Assembly (NCBI RefSeq): GCF_018977255.1
Contig: NW_024704742.1
Coordinates: 68,884,001 to 68,948,000 of the forward strand
DNA from: Callorhinchus milii
Lineage: Eukaryota
Direction of reading: 5' to 3'
DNA: 64,000 bases
In this document: positions 1-10,887 of the stretch, one piece after another
How the letters are laid out: every line of letters begins with the position of its first letter
Position numbering within the stretch: position 1 is the first letter of the stretch
Notes under the pieces: model-generated
What the model was told of the DNA's origin: nothing
Databases searched by the model: none
The model's input: the letters and a program-made list of their open reading frames with translations, nothing else
Program-made: the position numbers and the translations under genes

Positions 1-495
1 GGAAACCTAACACCATGCTTAAGAATATGCAAACACTGCGATTTCCATGCATCCCACCTACACATGGAAATTCCAAAGTTAAGATTGTTGGAATGCACAC
101 TCTCTCCCAGGAGCGACGCATCCTGTTTATCTAATTTCGGAACGTAACAGTATTTTCTCTTCAACCGTGCCTTCAGCTCCCCTCTCGACTCTCTACGCCC
201 TCCTCGCTCCCTCCCTTCCCTCACCCTGACCATATCCCCGCTGTTCGGGTCCCGACCCAACTGTACAGCGCCTTGGAATGTCCTCCCGACGTGAAAGGCG
301 CTCTATAAATGCAATGCTGTTGTTGTTGTTGTTGTTGTAGGAGCAGGTTGGCAAGAGTCAAGGCTTTGGGACTCCAAAGTGTGTGTTGGGGAAACTGCTG
401 GAGTCTAAACTGCTAAAACAGCGTACCTTACCATTGATAGTACTGTTGGGCAAACGTTTCTGCTGCTTGTCCAGCTAGGACCGCCCTACCCATTA
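1..495 (-). mobile_element. Unclassified retroposon 'family B' copy, split by an L2 3' fragment (151-336)
   Basis: 1-150 and 337-495 are collinear with the copies at 4642-5040, 51088-51432 and 59345-59860 (GGAAACCC..CATGCTTAAG..CATGCATCCCACCTACACATGGAAAT..GGCAAGAG..GTGTGTGTTGGGGAAACTGCTGGAGTCTAA). Confidence 0.75.
151..336 (+). mobile_element. 5'-truncated L2 LINE 3' end with (TTG)n tail
   Basis: Near-identical to 3995-4180; terminal stem-loop followed by TATAAAT and (GTT)n. Confidence 0.9.
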
Positions 496-545
496 GAGCT
501 TGAAGTCATTTGAGACATCTTTACACTATTATATCATTACTATTA

Positions 546-3500
546 TGGCCACACAGGGAACGGCGGCAGGACAGCGCGGGGAGGAGCCTGGACCTACCCA
601 CCCAGGTATTTAAGCTCGAGGCGCAGTGCAGCTCGGGGGGTCTGTGGGGGCGGAGCGGGGGAACCGCTGACGTCATAGTTTAGTTTTCAGGAGTGTGCGC
701 TCGCAAAAAAAAAAAACCTCTGCGCCTCCCCCACCCCCCCCCAGGGCTCACATCAGGGCCCACCATGGTCCTGTTGGGTTGGCTGCCCCAGCCCCAGCCT
801 ATGGGCTAATGCCATCCACCTGACCGCTCGCTCCTGGTCCCCGCGTGCGCACTATGGCTGCCGCTTTGACACGAGGCCCTCACCCCCTCGCTCCCTCCTC
901 CCTCCTCTCTACCCCCAAACCTCACCCCTCTGCATCTCTCCCGCTCTGTCCTCCTCTCTCTCCGTCACTCTCACCTTCTATCCCCACTTGACCCTCCCAC
1001 AACCTCCCTCTGTCCAGCCTGGGAATCCTCCGCCCGGCTCACCGTGGCACTCGGCGTTGGCTGTCCAGCAGCAGCCACACCGACTGCCCCATTCCCCACC
1101 ACACTCGCCACCCACCCCGGACACAGACCCGGGAAGCCAACCTCTCCTCCCTCATCCCCATTCCCTCCACCCCTGCCTCACAACCTGGAACCCCCTCTCT
1201 CCCCACACACCCTTCTGTCAACCGCTCCCTCCACATCGGACTGCAAAACGTCCGCTCCCTCTGTAACAAGGCCCTGGTCATCAACGATCTCATCCTTGAT
1301 GAGAGCGTTGACATCATGGCCTTAACGGAAACCTGGCTCACCCCAGGCGACACCTTCCCCCTCACGGAGGCCACACCACCCGGCTACACCTCCCACCACA
1401 TCCCTCGCCCCAACCGCCGTGGCGGTGGTGTAGCCCTTATCTCAAGGACACCACTTGCCCTATCCCCCTACTCCTCTGGCTCTTTCCCCTCTTTCGAGCA
1501 CCTCACCCTCTCCCACCCCTCCTTCCTCTCACTCAAAATCCTCCTCCTCTACCGGCCCCTAAAACCTCTCCCACCTTCATCTCCGATATTTCGACACTTC
1601 TTACATCTCTCTGCCTCTGCTCTGATCGCCTCATCATCCTGGGCGACTTCAACCTGCACTTCACCCCCTCCTGCTCCATCTCCTCAGACTTCTCTTCCCT
1701 GCTCTCCTCGCTCAACCTCTCCCTCCACATCAACTCCCCCACTCACAGTCACGGCCATCCACTCGACTTGGTGATTACCCGGGTCCTCAGTGTCTCGGAT
1801 GTCACTATCACCGACAAGGCCGTCTCCGAGCAACACTAAATCTCCTTCACCGCCTCCACCCCCCTCCCCACCTCCACCAGACCCACCACCATCTTCTACC
1901 GCCCCTGGAAGAAGTTACCCCCACAATCCCTAACTGCTGCCTTGGAGTCCTTTGAACTCCTCTCCCTCTGGCCTTCAACCCTCTTCTCCTCTCACTCTCC
2001 TCCACAATACCATCTCTTCCACACTCAACACTCTTGCCCCCATCACCTCCCGTACTGTCTCCTACTCTCGCTCCTCCCCCTGGTTCACCACCCACCTCCG
2101 CTCACTGAAGAGCCAGGTGACGGCCGCTGAACGCACCTGCCTCAAATCTGGCCTAACGGTCCACCGACAAATCTGGATGGACCTCCTCAAAATCTTCCGC
2201 TCCACTCTAGCCTCGGCCAAGTCGTCCTTCTACTCCAGGATAATCCTGGAGGCGAAGAACAACCCCAGGCTACTGTTTTCTACCACATCCCGACTCCTCC
2301 GTCCCCCCCGCCACCCCGCGCAGGTCATCTCCTCCAACCTTCACTGTGAGGAGATGCTGGATTTCCTTGAATCCAAAATCAAGGGAATCCGCTCCGCGGT
2401 CACTTCCTCTCCAACCTCCACCCACCCCCTCCCTCCCACACTCCGACTCCTACCCATCCTTCCCTACACACTTTCGTACCCGTTTCCCCACCCTCTGTTA
2501 CCAAGCCAATCCTATCGCTGAAACACACCACCTGCTCCCTTGACCCCATCCCCACTCCACTCCTTATCTCCCAGCTCCACCTCCTTGCCCCACATATCAC
2601 AGACATCGTCAACCTGTCCCTCTCCTCTGGCTCTGTTCCCATTCCCTTAAAAACTGCCACCATCACTCTCACCTTGAAAAAACCCTCCCTTGATGCGTCG
2701 CAGCTATCAAGCTACCGGCCCATCTCCAACCTCCCCTTCCTGTCCAAGGTCCTTGAAAGAGTTGTCGCCTCCCAGCTGCGCTCTTTCCTCTCCACCCATT
2801 CATTATTCGAACCCCTTCAGTTGGGTTTCCGTGCTGCCCATAGCACAGAAACTGCCCTGGTCAAGGTCACCAATGACATCCTGACCATCTGCGACCAGGG
2901 CTCCCTCTGCCTCCTCGTCCTCCTCGACCTATCGGCAGCATTCGATACGGTCGACCACGCTATCCTCCTCCACCGCTTGTCCTCCCACCTCAACCTTCAA
3001 GACCCTGTCCTTGAGTGGTTTAGGTCGTACCTCTCCCACCGTCTTCACTTTGTCTCCACGAACGGCTTTTCCTCCAGCGCCTGCACTGTCTCGTGCGGTG
3101 TCCCTCAGGCTCTGTCCTCGGTCCCCTCCTCTTCACCCTCTATATGCTCCCCCTTGGTGACATCATCCGCAGACATGGGGTTAACTTCCACATGTATGCG
3201 GATGACACCCAACTCTACCTTTCCTCCTCTACCCTCAACTCCACGACCACCGATGTCCTGACAGCTGCCTGTCCGACATCGAGTCCTGGACGAGAGACAA
3301 CTTTCTTCAGCTCAACGTGCGAAAAACTGAGGCCCTCCTGATTGGCTCACGTCAGCGCCTCCGCACCTCAGGCGCTGACAGCATCAGCATCCAAGGCTGC
3401 ACTCTCCACCTCTCAAAGCCGGTCAGGAACCTTGGGGTTCTGTTCGACCCTGAGCTGTCCTTTCTCCCTCATATCCGCGCCACAACTGGCACCGCCTTCC

Positions 3501-4180
3501 ATCACCTCCGGAATATCGCCAGACTACGGCACTACCTCACCCCTCACGCTGCTGAAACCCTGGTCCACGCCTTTATCACCTCAAGGCTGGACTATGGGAA
3601 CTCTCTCCTCGCCGGCCTTCCGGCACCTCCCTCCACAAGCTGCAGGTCATTCAGAACTCTGCAGCTCGTGTACTGTCCCGCACCAGACTTCAGGACCACA
3701 TCACTCCCACCCTCGCTCGCCTCCACTGGCTCCCCATCCCCCAGAGGATCGAATTCAAGATCCTTATCCTCACCTACAAGGCCATTCACGGCCTCGCTCC
3801 CTCCTACCTCTCTGACCCTACTTACCTGCCCGTACCCTCCGTTACTCTGGCTCCGGTCTGCACCACACCCCCCACCTGAACCGCCCTACCATTGGTGGCT
3901 GGGCCTTCAGCCTCTCAGCCCCGAGGCTCTGGAACTCTATCCCCCAGTGCCTTCGCCGCTTCCTCCCTTTCCTCCTTCAAGGCCAGTCTTAAGACCTTTC
4001 TCTTCGACCGTGCCTTCAGCTCCCCTCTCGACTCTCTACCCCCTCCTCCCTCCTTCCCTTCCCTCCCCTCACCCTGACCATTTCCCCCCTGCTCGGGTCC
4101 TGACCCAACTGTACAGTACCTTGGGACGTCCTCCCGACGTGAAAGGCGCTCTATAAATGGAATCTTGTTGTTGTTGTTGT
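546..4180 (+). mobile_element. Near full-length L2-clade LINE, single APE-RT ORF broken by multiple frameshifts
   Basis: APE motifs DIMALTETWL, RRGGGVALI, IILGDFN, GHPLDLVI; RT motifs [54 protein letters not shown]-terminal NLGVLFD, SRLDYGN, LHWLP; 3' stem-loop and (TTG)n tail; CpG-rich 5' region. Confidence 0.95.
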
Positions 4181-4641
4181 ATAAGGCACAAATACAAGGA
4201 TTATTGTTATTATCATCGTTAATGGTCCATCTCAAGACATACCTCTTTGACCGCACTTTGGTCATTTTTCCCCCACCCCTGGATTCCCATCTCTAGCTGA
4301 GATGCCCAATGTCAAGTGCCTTGAGACATCCTTGCAATGCAAATGTTATTGTATTGGATTATTAGATGCTGTGCAATATATTACAATATAAATTTACATT
4401 TATACAATTATTTCACATTGGAAGGATGTTCCAAGATGCTTAGAAATCCTAGCTTGGCATCCAAGCTGGGGGTGAAAGCCAAGGGAGAGAGGAGGGAAAA
4501 TTTGACCAAAAGCGGGGTCAAAGAGGTAGGTCTTTTTTATCGGAGAAAGGTGGTTCCAATATTCTGTTCACTTCCAGGGTGGGAAAGGAGCAAATGAAGA
4601 AAAGTACACTTGCCGGCTTCCCATAGTCATCTTTTTAGGGG

Positions 4642-5040
4642 GTTAGCCAGGTGTCTGACACTTGAGGAAACCCATCTCTATGCTTAAAGTATCCAAACCA
4701 GTTTGAGAGTTGCTCATATCTATGCCGCATACATATAGAAATTTCCCTGTGTCTGAAATGGAACATGCACTCTCTCTATCTCCCTAGAGGGACACGTCCT
4801 GCTTACCTGATTCCGAAGAGTATTAAACATAGGTTGACAAGAGCCAAGGTTTGAGGTCCCTAGAGTGTGTGAAAGGGTACTGCTGAAGCCTAACCAGCTA
4901 AAACAGGAAAGCTCACCATTGAAACCATTGTCTGGCAACCTTTTCCATTGCATATCCAGCTTGGACCAACCTACCTGTTATACCTTAGGCTTGCAGGGTT
5001 AACAGGAGTCGAGTGGGAAGAATCTCTGTTCTCAGTGACT
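4642..5040 (-). mobile_element. Family B retroposon copy (3' ~400 bp)
   Basis: Shared terminus GTGTCAGACACCTGGCTAACC on - strand; collinear with the other copies. Confidence 0.75.
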
Positions 5041-5140
5041 ATCACCATGGATAAGCACTTTCAGACATTGGTTTACACTGAGAGTTTATGAGTATAAGGG
5101 AATGCGTGTAATAATTGCAAATTGCTTCTCTCTGATTCAG

Positions 5141-5200
5141 TTACAGCTGCAATCCACCGTGGCTCCTCTCCAGATTGTCGCGGGTGATACATCAATAGCC
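5141..5200 (+). other. Candidate exon (LQLQSTVAPLQIVAGDTSIA), phase 0-0
   Basis: TTCTCTCTGATTCAG acceptor, open 60 nt, weak GTATAA donor, unique DNA. Confidence 0.25.
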
Positions 5201-5614
5201 GTATAATTAAAATCTATTTCCCAAATTAATTTGTGCTGCGATGTCCGTGGGCATCTTCTTGAAGCTCGAGTGCCCCATTAATAAAGCTGGCCCTTGCAGT
5301 CAGAGTCAACACTGGGCATATTGTGATGAACAACAACAACGCATTTATATAGTACGGGGCTGTGTCCCAGAGCAGTGGAACATGGTAGAGCTGGACACCG
5401 AGCCTCCCCTGCTATCCCATCCCGACTCCCCTTCTCTCCCATACCATTCCAACTTCATTTTTCCAAACCTACACTCCTCTCTCCCCACACCTGACCCCCT
5501 GTCTCCCATTACACCTGAACCTGCCCCCTTTCTCTCCCATCGCATCTCAATACCTCTCCTATTCCCACCTTACTACTATCCTATTCCAACCTCCATCTCT
5601 CATCCCATGAAATG

Positions 5615-5880
5615 AATGACCAGTTATACTTAAGGGATTGTTGGCCAGGACGCTGGGAAAGAAATTCTCTTCTCTTTTCGAATAGTGCTTTGGGATCTTT
5701 AACATGAACTGGAACAGATGGACAGGGTTTCGGCTCTCATCCAAAGAACAGCACCTCCAACAATGCAGAGCACCCCAGGTATTGCACTGGGGTACCATCT
5801 TAGACTATATGAGTTCCAAGTCCCTATGTGGAGCTTGAACCTAAAACCTTCTGACTTAGAGCCAAGAGAGCTACCAACTA
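5615..5880 (-). mobile_element. Deu-domain SINE (SacSINE1/AmnSINE1-like), partial
   Basis: tRNA-like head and GTTAAAGATCCCA/GTCCTGGCCAAC core on - strand. Confidence 0.8.
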
Positions 5881-6196
5881 CCAAAAAAACTAAAACTTTG
5901 CAAAAGCAAGATGGATGCAAAAATCTTATTAACCATTAAGGGATGCGGGGCCATTGAAGGCTCCTAACTTGCTTTGAGTAAGAGCTGTTTTTATTTCCAG
6001 CTGTCTAGTTACCACGTTTCTTCTTCTGGGACTTGGATCAAAGTCAGTGTCCTGGACAACAATCCTCTCAGATAAAATTGGTTGTTCACTTCACCGCTCT
6101 TTGTGGGGTTACATTATTTCCCTGTAGATGATTTTTGAACTGTGTTTTTTTTGTAAGATGTGTAATTTATGTTCTTTTATTCCTGACGTCATGAAG

Positions 6197-6259
6197 TCAC
6201 AGAATAAGCCTCAAGTTTCTGAATTTATGGCTTTGTTTCTTGATCTTGAGAGCTTCCTG
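6197..6259 (+). other. Candidate exon (SQNKPQVSEFMALFLDLESFL), phase 0-0
   Basis: Open 63 nt (57 nt from alternative AG at 6201-6202), strong CTG|GTGAGC donor. Confidence 0.3.
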
Positions 6260-6414
6260 GTGAGCAGCACAACTCAGCGTGTAATGCAGTGTTCCTAGTA
6301 CCTATCATCCATTTAATGATGGCTGAAATCTACACTTGTTGAATGTAATCAACTCGTGACTATGCTCCTGAGCTGAATTAGTTTCAAGGTGATGTCAAGT
6401 TAACACTCAAAAGA

Positions 6415-6740
6415 AACAACAACAACTTGCATTTATATAGCGTCCCTCATGCAGGATAGCATCCCAGAGTGCTTGACATTGGTGGAGCACAACGCCGAGC
6501 CGAGAATGGGGGGAAGTGACCGTAGGCACGGTCAAAGAGGAAGGTCTTCAGGCGCGATCTGAAGATGGGGAACAAGACGGTGTCCGGCATGAAGGGCTCT
6601 ATATAAAGCAAGTTGTTGAGGGGGCAAGGTGGAGGGATTGAGGAAGAGTGTTCCAAAGTTTCAGGGTGGAGTCCTTGAAAGCCCAGCCACCGATGGTGGA
6701 ATGGAGGACATGATGATCGAGCAGGAGGTCAGAGCCAGTT
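6415..6740 (-). mobile_element. Older L2 subfamily 3' fragment
   Basis: (AAC)n tail on + strand, TIGGWAF...LWN and LKTFLFDRAY on - strand; similar copies at 19633-19890, 46516-46735, 63750-64000. Confidence 0.85.
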
Positions 6741-7190
6741 GAGCCATGAAACTCCCAAAATAGCCATAAAGTGAATGATTTTGAATTGTGCCATGGGATC
6801 TTTAATGTCTGCCTGAACGGAACTAATGTCTCAATGGAAGGACGGCACCTCTGACAATGCAGAATGGCAAGTTTCCTTACTTCACGCACCTCTGTTTACC
6901 TAGAAGTAAATGAGAACCCGGTTGTTAGTCGATTGGCAAATCGCTTTTCTGGAGGTAATAATTCCTTTAAAAATAAAATAATAATTTGGTTACTCAATCC
7001 ACGACTGTTTGTGGGACACTGCTATTCGCAATTGGCTGCCGCATTTTGTCCACAAAATATAATCTATTCTGTGAAGTGCTTTGAGATGCTATATCAATTG
7101 CAACGATAATTACTGTTATTACTATTTTTAGTATTATTATTACCACTGGTGCTTATGCACACCACACAATGCTTTTTGCCACCTTCATAG

Positions 7191-7265
7191 ACTTGGATTG
7201 CTAATCGGGTTTGCTCAGGAGATCAACATTGCACCATTCCAGTGCGCTGTCAGAGATACTCTGCA
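7191..7265 (+). other. Candidate exon (TWIANRVCSGDQHCTIP.. or alternative frame LGLLIGFAQEINIAPFQCAVRDTLQ*)
   Basis: CTTTTTGCCACCTTCATAG acceptor; two frames open; donors at 7242 or 7266. Confidence 0.3.
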
Positions 7266-8321
7266 GTAAACAGCCTCTGTAATTATACAGACCAAATGAT
7301 ATATGGCTCACATTGATGAATGTTAAAAAACAGACCTTGGTAGCCAGGCCTCATTAATTCCTGTTCGGTCACTGCAGTTTATTGTTACACTCTCAATAAA
7401 CTCGAGAGGTATTTTTGGAACAGATATGCTTAATAAGCATCAGAAACAACCAGAGGCAGTGCTGCAATTTATATCTTCATTTATAATACATAATAATAAT
7501 AAAAAAAAACTTGCATTTAGTATAGTACCTTTCAAATCCCGACATGTCGCAAAACACTTCACAGAATATAATGTAAAGTATAGGCACTATAATGATAATA
7601 ATGATAATAATAATCCTTATATTTGATATAGCGCCTTAGCACATCTTCGAGACGTCTCAAAGTGCTTCACAGAATATATTGTAAAGTGAATTGACTATAT
7701 TTTGTGAGCGAAATGTGGCAGCCAATTGCACACAGCAGTGTCCCACAAACAGTCATGGATTGAGTGACCCAATCATTATTATTTTTATTTTATGTAAATA
7801 TTTTGTAGGCGAACACAGCAGTTACTTTGCGCGCATCAATGTCCCACAAACAGTCATGATGTAAATCTGCAGTTTGTATCTGGGGGAGTGTTGGCCGAGA
7901 CACTGGGAGGAGAAACTCCCTTCTCTTTTGGAATAGTGGATTTTTAATGTCCATCTGAACAGGGACAGACTTAACTTCTCATTGGAAGGATGGCACCTTG
8001 GACAATGCAGTTTCAGCCCAGAGTGTATGAGTTTCCAGTTCCAGAGCGTGAAACTTGAACTCACAACATGTTGACTCAGAGGCGAGAGTGATGACAAGCC
8101 AGACTGACAACAATTTAATGCCACCTGGTGCTGCTTTTGGGGCGCTTTCAATCCCGTTGCTTGTGAAATGATAATAATCTGGCAAAAACTCAAGGTTGCA
8201 ACATGAGGAGTGAAGAGGAAGGTTTACAAAATGTTTAAAAGAAATATCTTAAGAGGAACAATATGAGAGGCTCCAGGAAAAGAGGACAGAATTGGTGTCA
8301 GAGTCGATAGCTCCAGTGGAA

Positions 8322-8686
8322 GGACCTGTGGAGTGGAGTGGTTAGCGCATTCACCTCGCAAGTGAGAGACCTGGGTTTGATTCCTGGGCGCGACGACACC
8401 TTAAGCAGGTTTCCTTACTCCACACGCCTCTGGTTACCCAGCAGTAAGTAGGAACCTGGTTGTTAGTCAATTGGCTTTCTGGGGGTAATGATCTCTCCCC
8501 ACCCAAAAAAAATGTGGTCACTAAATCCACAGCTGTTTGTGGAACACTGCTGTGTGCAATTGGCTGCCATGTTTCGTCCACAAAATACGCAGTCAATCCA
8601 CTTTACAATATATTCTGTGAAGCACTTTAAGGCATTTAAATGATGTGATAAGGCACTAGACTACATGCAAGTATTATTATTATTAC
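8322..8686 (+). mobile_element. tRNA-derived SINE 'family A', full length
   Basis: tRNA-like head, GTTTCCTTACTCCACACGCCTCTG..CAGTAAGTAGGAACC core, Deu-like 3' part, L2-type tail ending (ATT)n. Confidence 0.9.
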
Positions 8687-9092
8687 TGTACCATATTGCA
8701 GGACATATTGTATGTCACAGTAACTGCAAGTCCTCGGCTCCGACCTCAGCTCAACCTCAGAACAGAGCAGAGTACTGGAGTCAACCCACACCACATCTGC
8801 GATCTCCTGCAGTTCTACCACCACCCTCCTCTCTGTCACCTCTGGCCTAATCCACAGCCCCCGGCTGGTTTGAAAGGGTCCCCCTCTCCCTAAATCCCTC
8901 CACCCCACACACATTCTCTCTCTGCTTTCAAAAAATGTTTAAAAGGCTTTCTGTGCCTTTCGGCACCTCCATCTTCTGTTCCTTTCCCCTCACCCATTCC
9001 TCTCACCTCCTTCTCTCAGTGGGCTCCTACTCTGTGTCTTTAAAACACTTTGAGACATGAAAGGCTCTAAAAATGTTCAAGCTGTTGCTGTA

Positions 9093-9436
9093 CAGGGTGT
9101 TTACAAAGTCCTGTTACACCATTTTTTTTACAATAAATGTTTATTTTCTGCTGCAGATGAAGTCGAGTGTAACAATGTCTGACACTAGTAATTGCCTTCT
9201 CACTCCTTCATGTTACAGAAGATGCTGCACCGAACATGACAACGGATTATTATTTGCCATGAAAATGATGGGGCTCCGACACACCTCCTCTGGACATCTA
9301 AATACACTTACACACTTGTATTGAATGCAATGAAGTGCTTCTAAATACAATTATTATCATTCTTCTACATGTTTCAGTCGTTGGTCAATGCACTGTAGAT
9401 AAAAACATGGAGTAACAGGAGTTTGTGAACACCCTG
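9093..9436. mobile_element. Tc1/mariner-type MITE with ~30-bp TIRs and TA target duplication
   Basis: TA|CAGGGTGTTTACAAAGTCCTGTTACACCAT ... ATGGAGTAACAGGAGTTTGTGAACACCCTG|TA (3 mismatches in 30 bp). Confidence 0.85.
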
Positions 9437-9756
9437 TACAGTATGACCATTGATACAACTACGTTCTGATTACTTGACTTGTAAGTTGTTGAACATTTTA
9501 CACAGAGGTGTAAGATGTTCAACAACTGACCAGCATCTGAGGATATGACATCTCCGTTCTACTCTTAATTAAATCCTTTTTCAGCTGCAGGCGGGCGGAC
9601 ACACACACACCTGAGAGAGTTCATACATGCTCACCCTCAGCTCCTCACTGTTCAGAATACAAGAGCCGTAAAGTGATACAAGTGATTTGCAAACTGGTCT
9701 GTATTGTGTCTTTGTCAGGAAGATATCACCCCATAACTCAAAGCAAGGTATGAATG

Positions 9757-9758
9757 TT

Positions 9759-9836
<78 letters not shown>
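9757..9836. repeat. (TTTC)n microsatellite followed by pyrimidine-rich low-complexity DNA to ~10075
   Basis: Direct reading. Confidence 0.97.
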
Positions 9837-9838
<2 letters not shown>

Positions 9839-10824
9839 GTTGAAGTTGTTCAACTTGTTCAAGTTGTTGTTGCTGTTCTTTCTTTCTCTCTTTCATCTTT
9901 TTCAACATTTTACCTTTACATCTTCTTTCTTTCTCCTTCCTTTTATCTTTTCTTCTTTCTGTCCTTCTTTTTCTTCCTCTCTCTTCATTTTATCTTCTCC
10001 CTCTCTCCTTTTCTTCCTATCTTACCTTCCATTTCTATTGACATCTTTCTCCCTTCATGCCTCTTCCCTTATCTAACCTAGTTCTTGCCGAGAGGTGTGC
10101 AAGACATGCACATGGTGTGGGGAAACCCATTATTAAGCCCAATGATCTTTTGGCCACACACTTGCAGTGGAATTTCCCCATTATAAACGTACACCAGGGA
10201 ACAGAACAACACAAGAAATGGTTTGCATGTGACGGATGGCCATCTCAAGCATCGGAGTCCTATAGCTCAGTGGTTGGAGCACTCGCCTTGCAATCAATCA
10301 AATGCAAGGGATATTATTATTAATAATTTCTTCAAAAAAAATTCTCACTCAATCCATGATTGTTTGTGGGACACTGATGTCGTGTAATTGACTGCCGCAT
10401 TTCGCCCACAAAATAGATTCGCTATACAGCATATTCTGTGAAGAGCTTTGAGACGTCTCCAAGACGTGATTAGGCGCTGTATCAAATGCAAGCTTTATTA
10501 TTATTATATCTATCCCTCAAGGTGAATTTTTTTTAAAAAATTCTAATTTTTAAAGGGATTATTACCCCTGGAAAAGTGATACACCAATCGATTAACAACC
10601 TAGTTCCAACTTACTGCTAGGTAAACTGAGGCATGTGGAGCAAGGAAACTTGTCTAACGTTTTGCTGCCCGGGAATCGAACCCAGGTCCTCCCGCTTGCG
10701 AGGGGAGCGCTCTAACCAATACACCACAGGACTCCACGACAAATAAATGACAAAAAAGTACATCTCGCCAACCACTTTCAAAGACATCCTCCCGCTGTGT
10801 GTGTAACATGCTTTTTACCCTCAG

Positions 10825-10887
10825 GGCTACTTTGAGAAAACGAGTATAAAATTGGCCATGTCTGAAGAAAGCACTGAGCAGACTTAA
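10825..10887 (+). other. Candidate terminal exon (GYFEKTSIKLAMSEESTEQT*)
   Basis: CTTTTTACCCTCAG acceptor, stop at 10885-10887, AATAAA at 11161; phase-compatible with donor at 9747/9748. Confidence 0.25.

Noticed and set aside
740..830. HDV-like ribozyme at the L2 5' end (GGCTAATGCC resembles J4/2-P2)
   Set aside because: I could not build the nested double pseudoknot in either L2 copy.
6197..7241. Trypsin-like protease C-terminus (NKP..V....FLTWI)
   Set aside because: Superficial resemblance only; no catalytic motifs and the intron pattern is atypical.
9581..10076. ORFs 9581-9862 and 9687-10076
   Set aside because: Products of the (TTTC)n microsatellite and low-complexity DNA.
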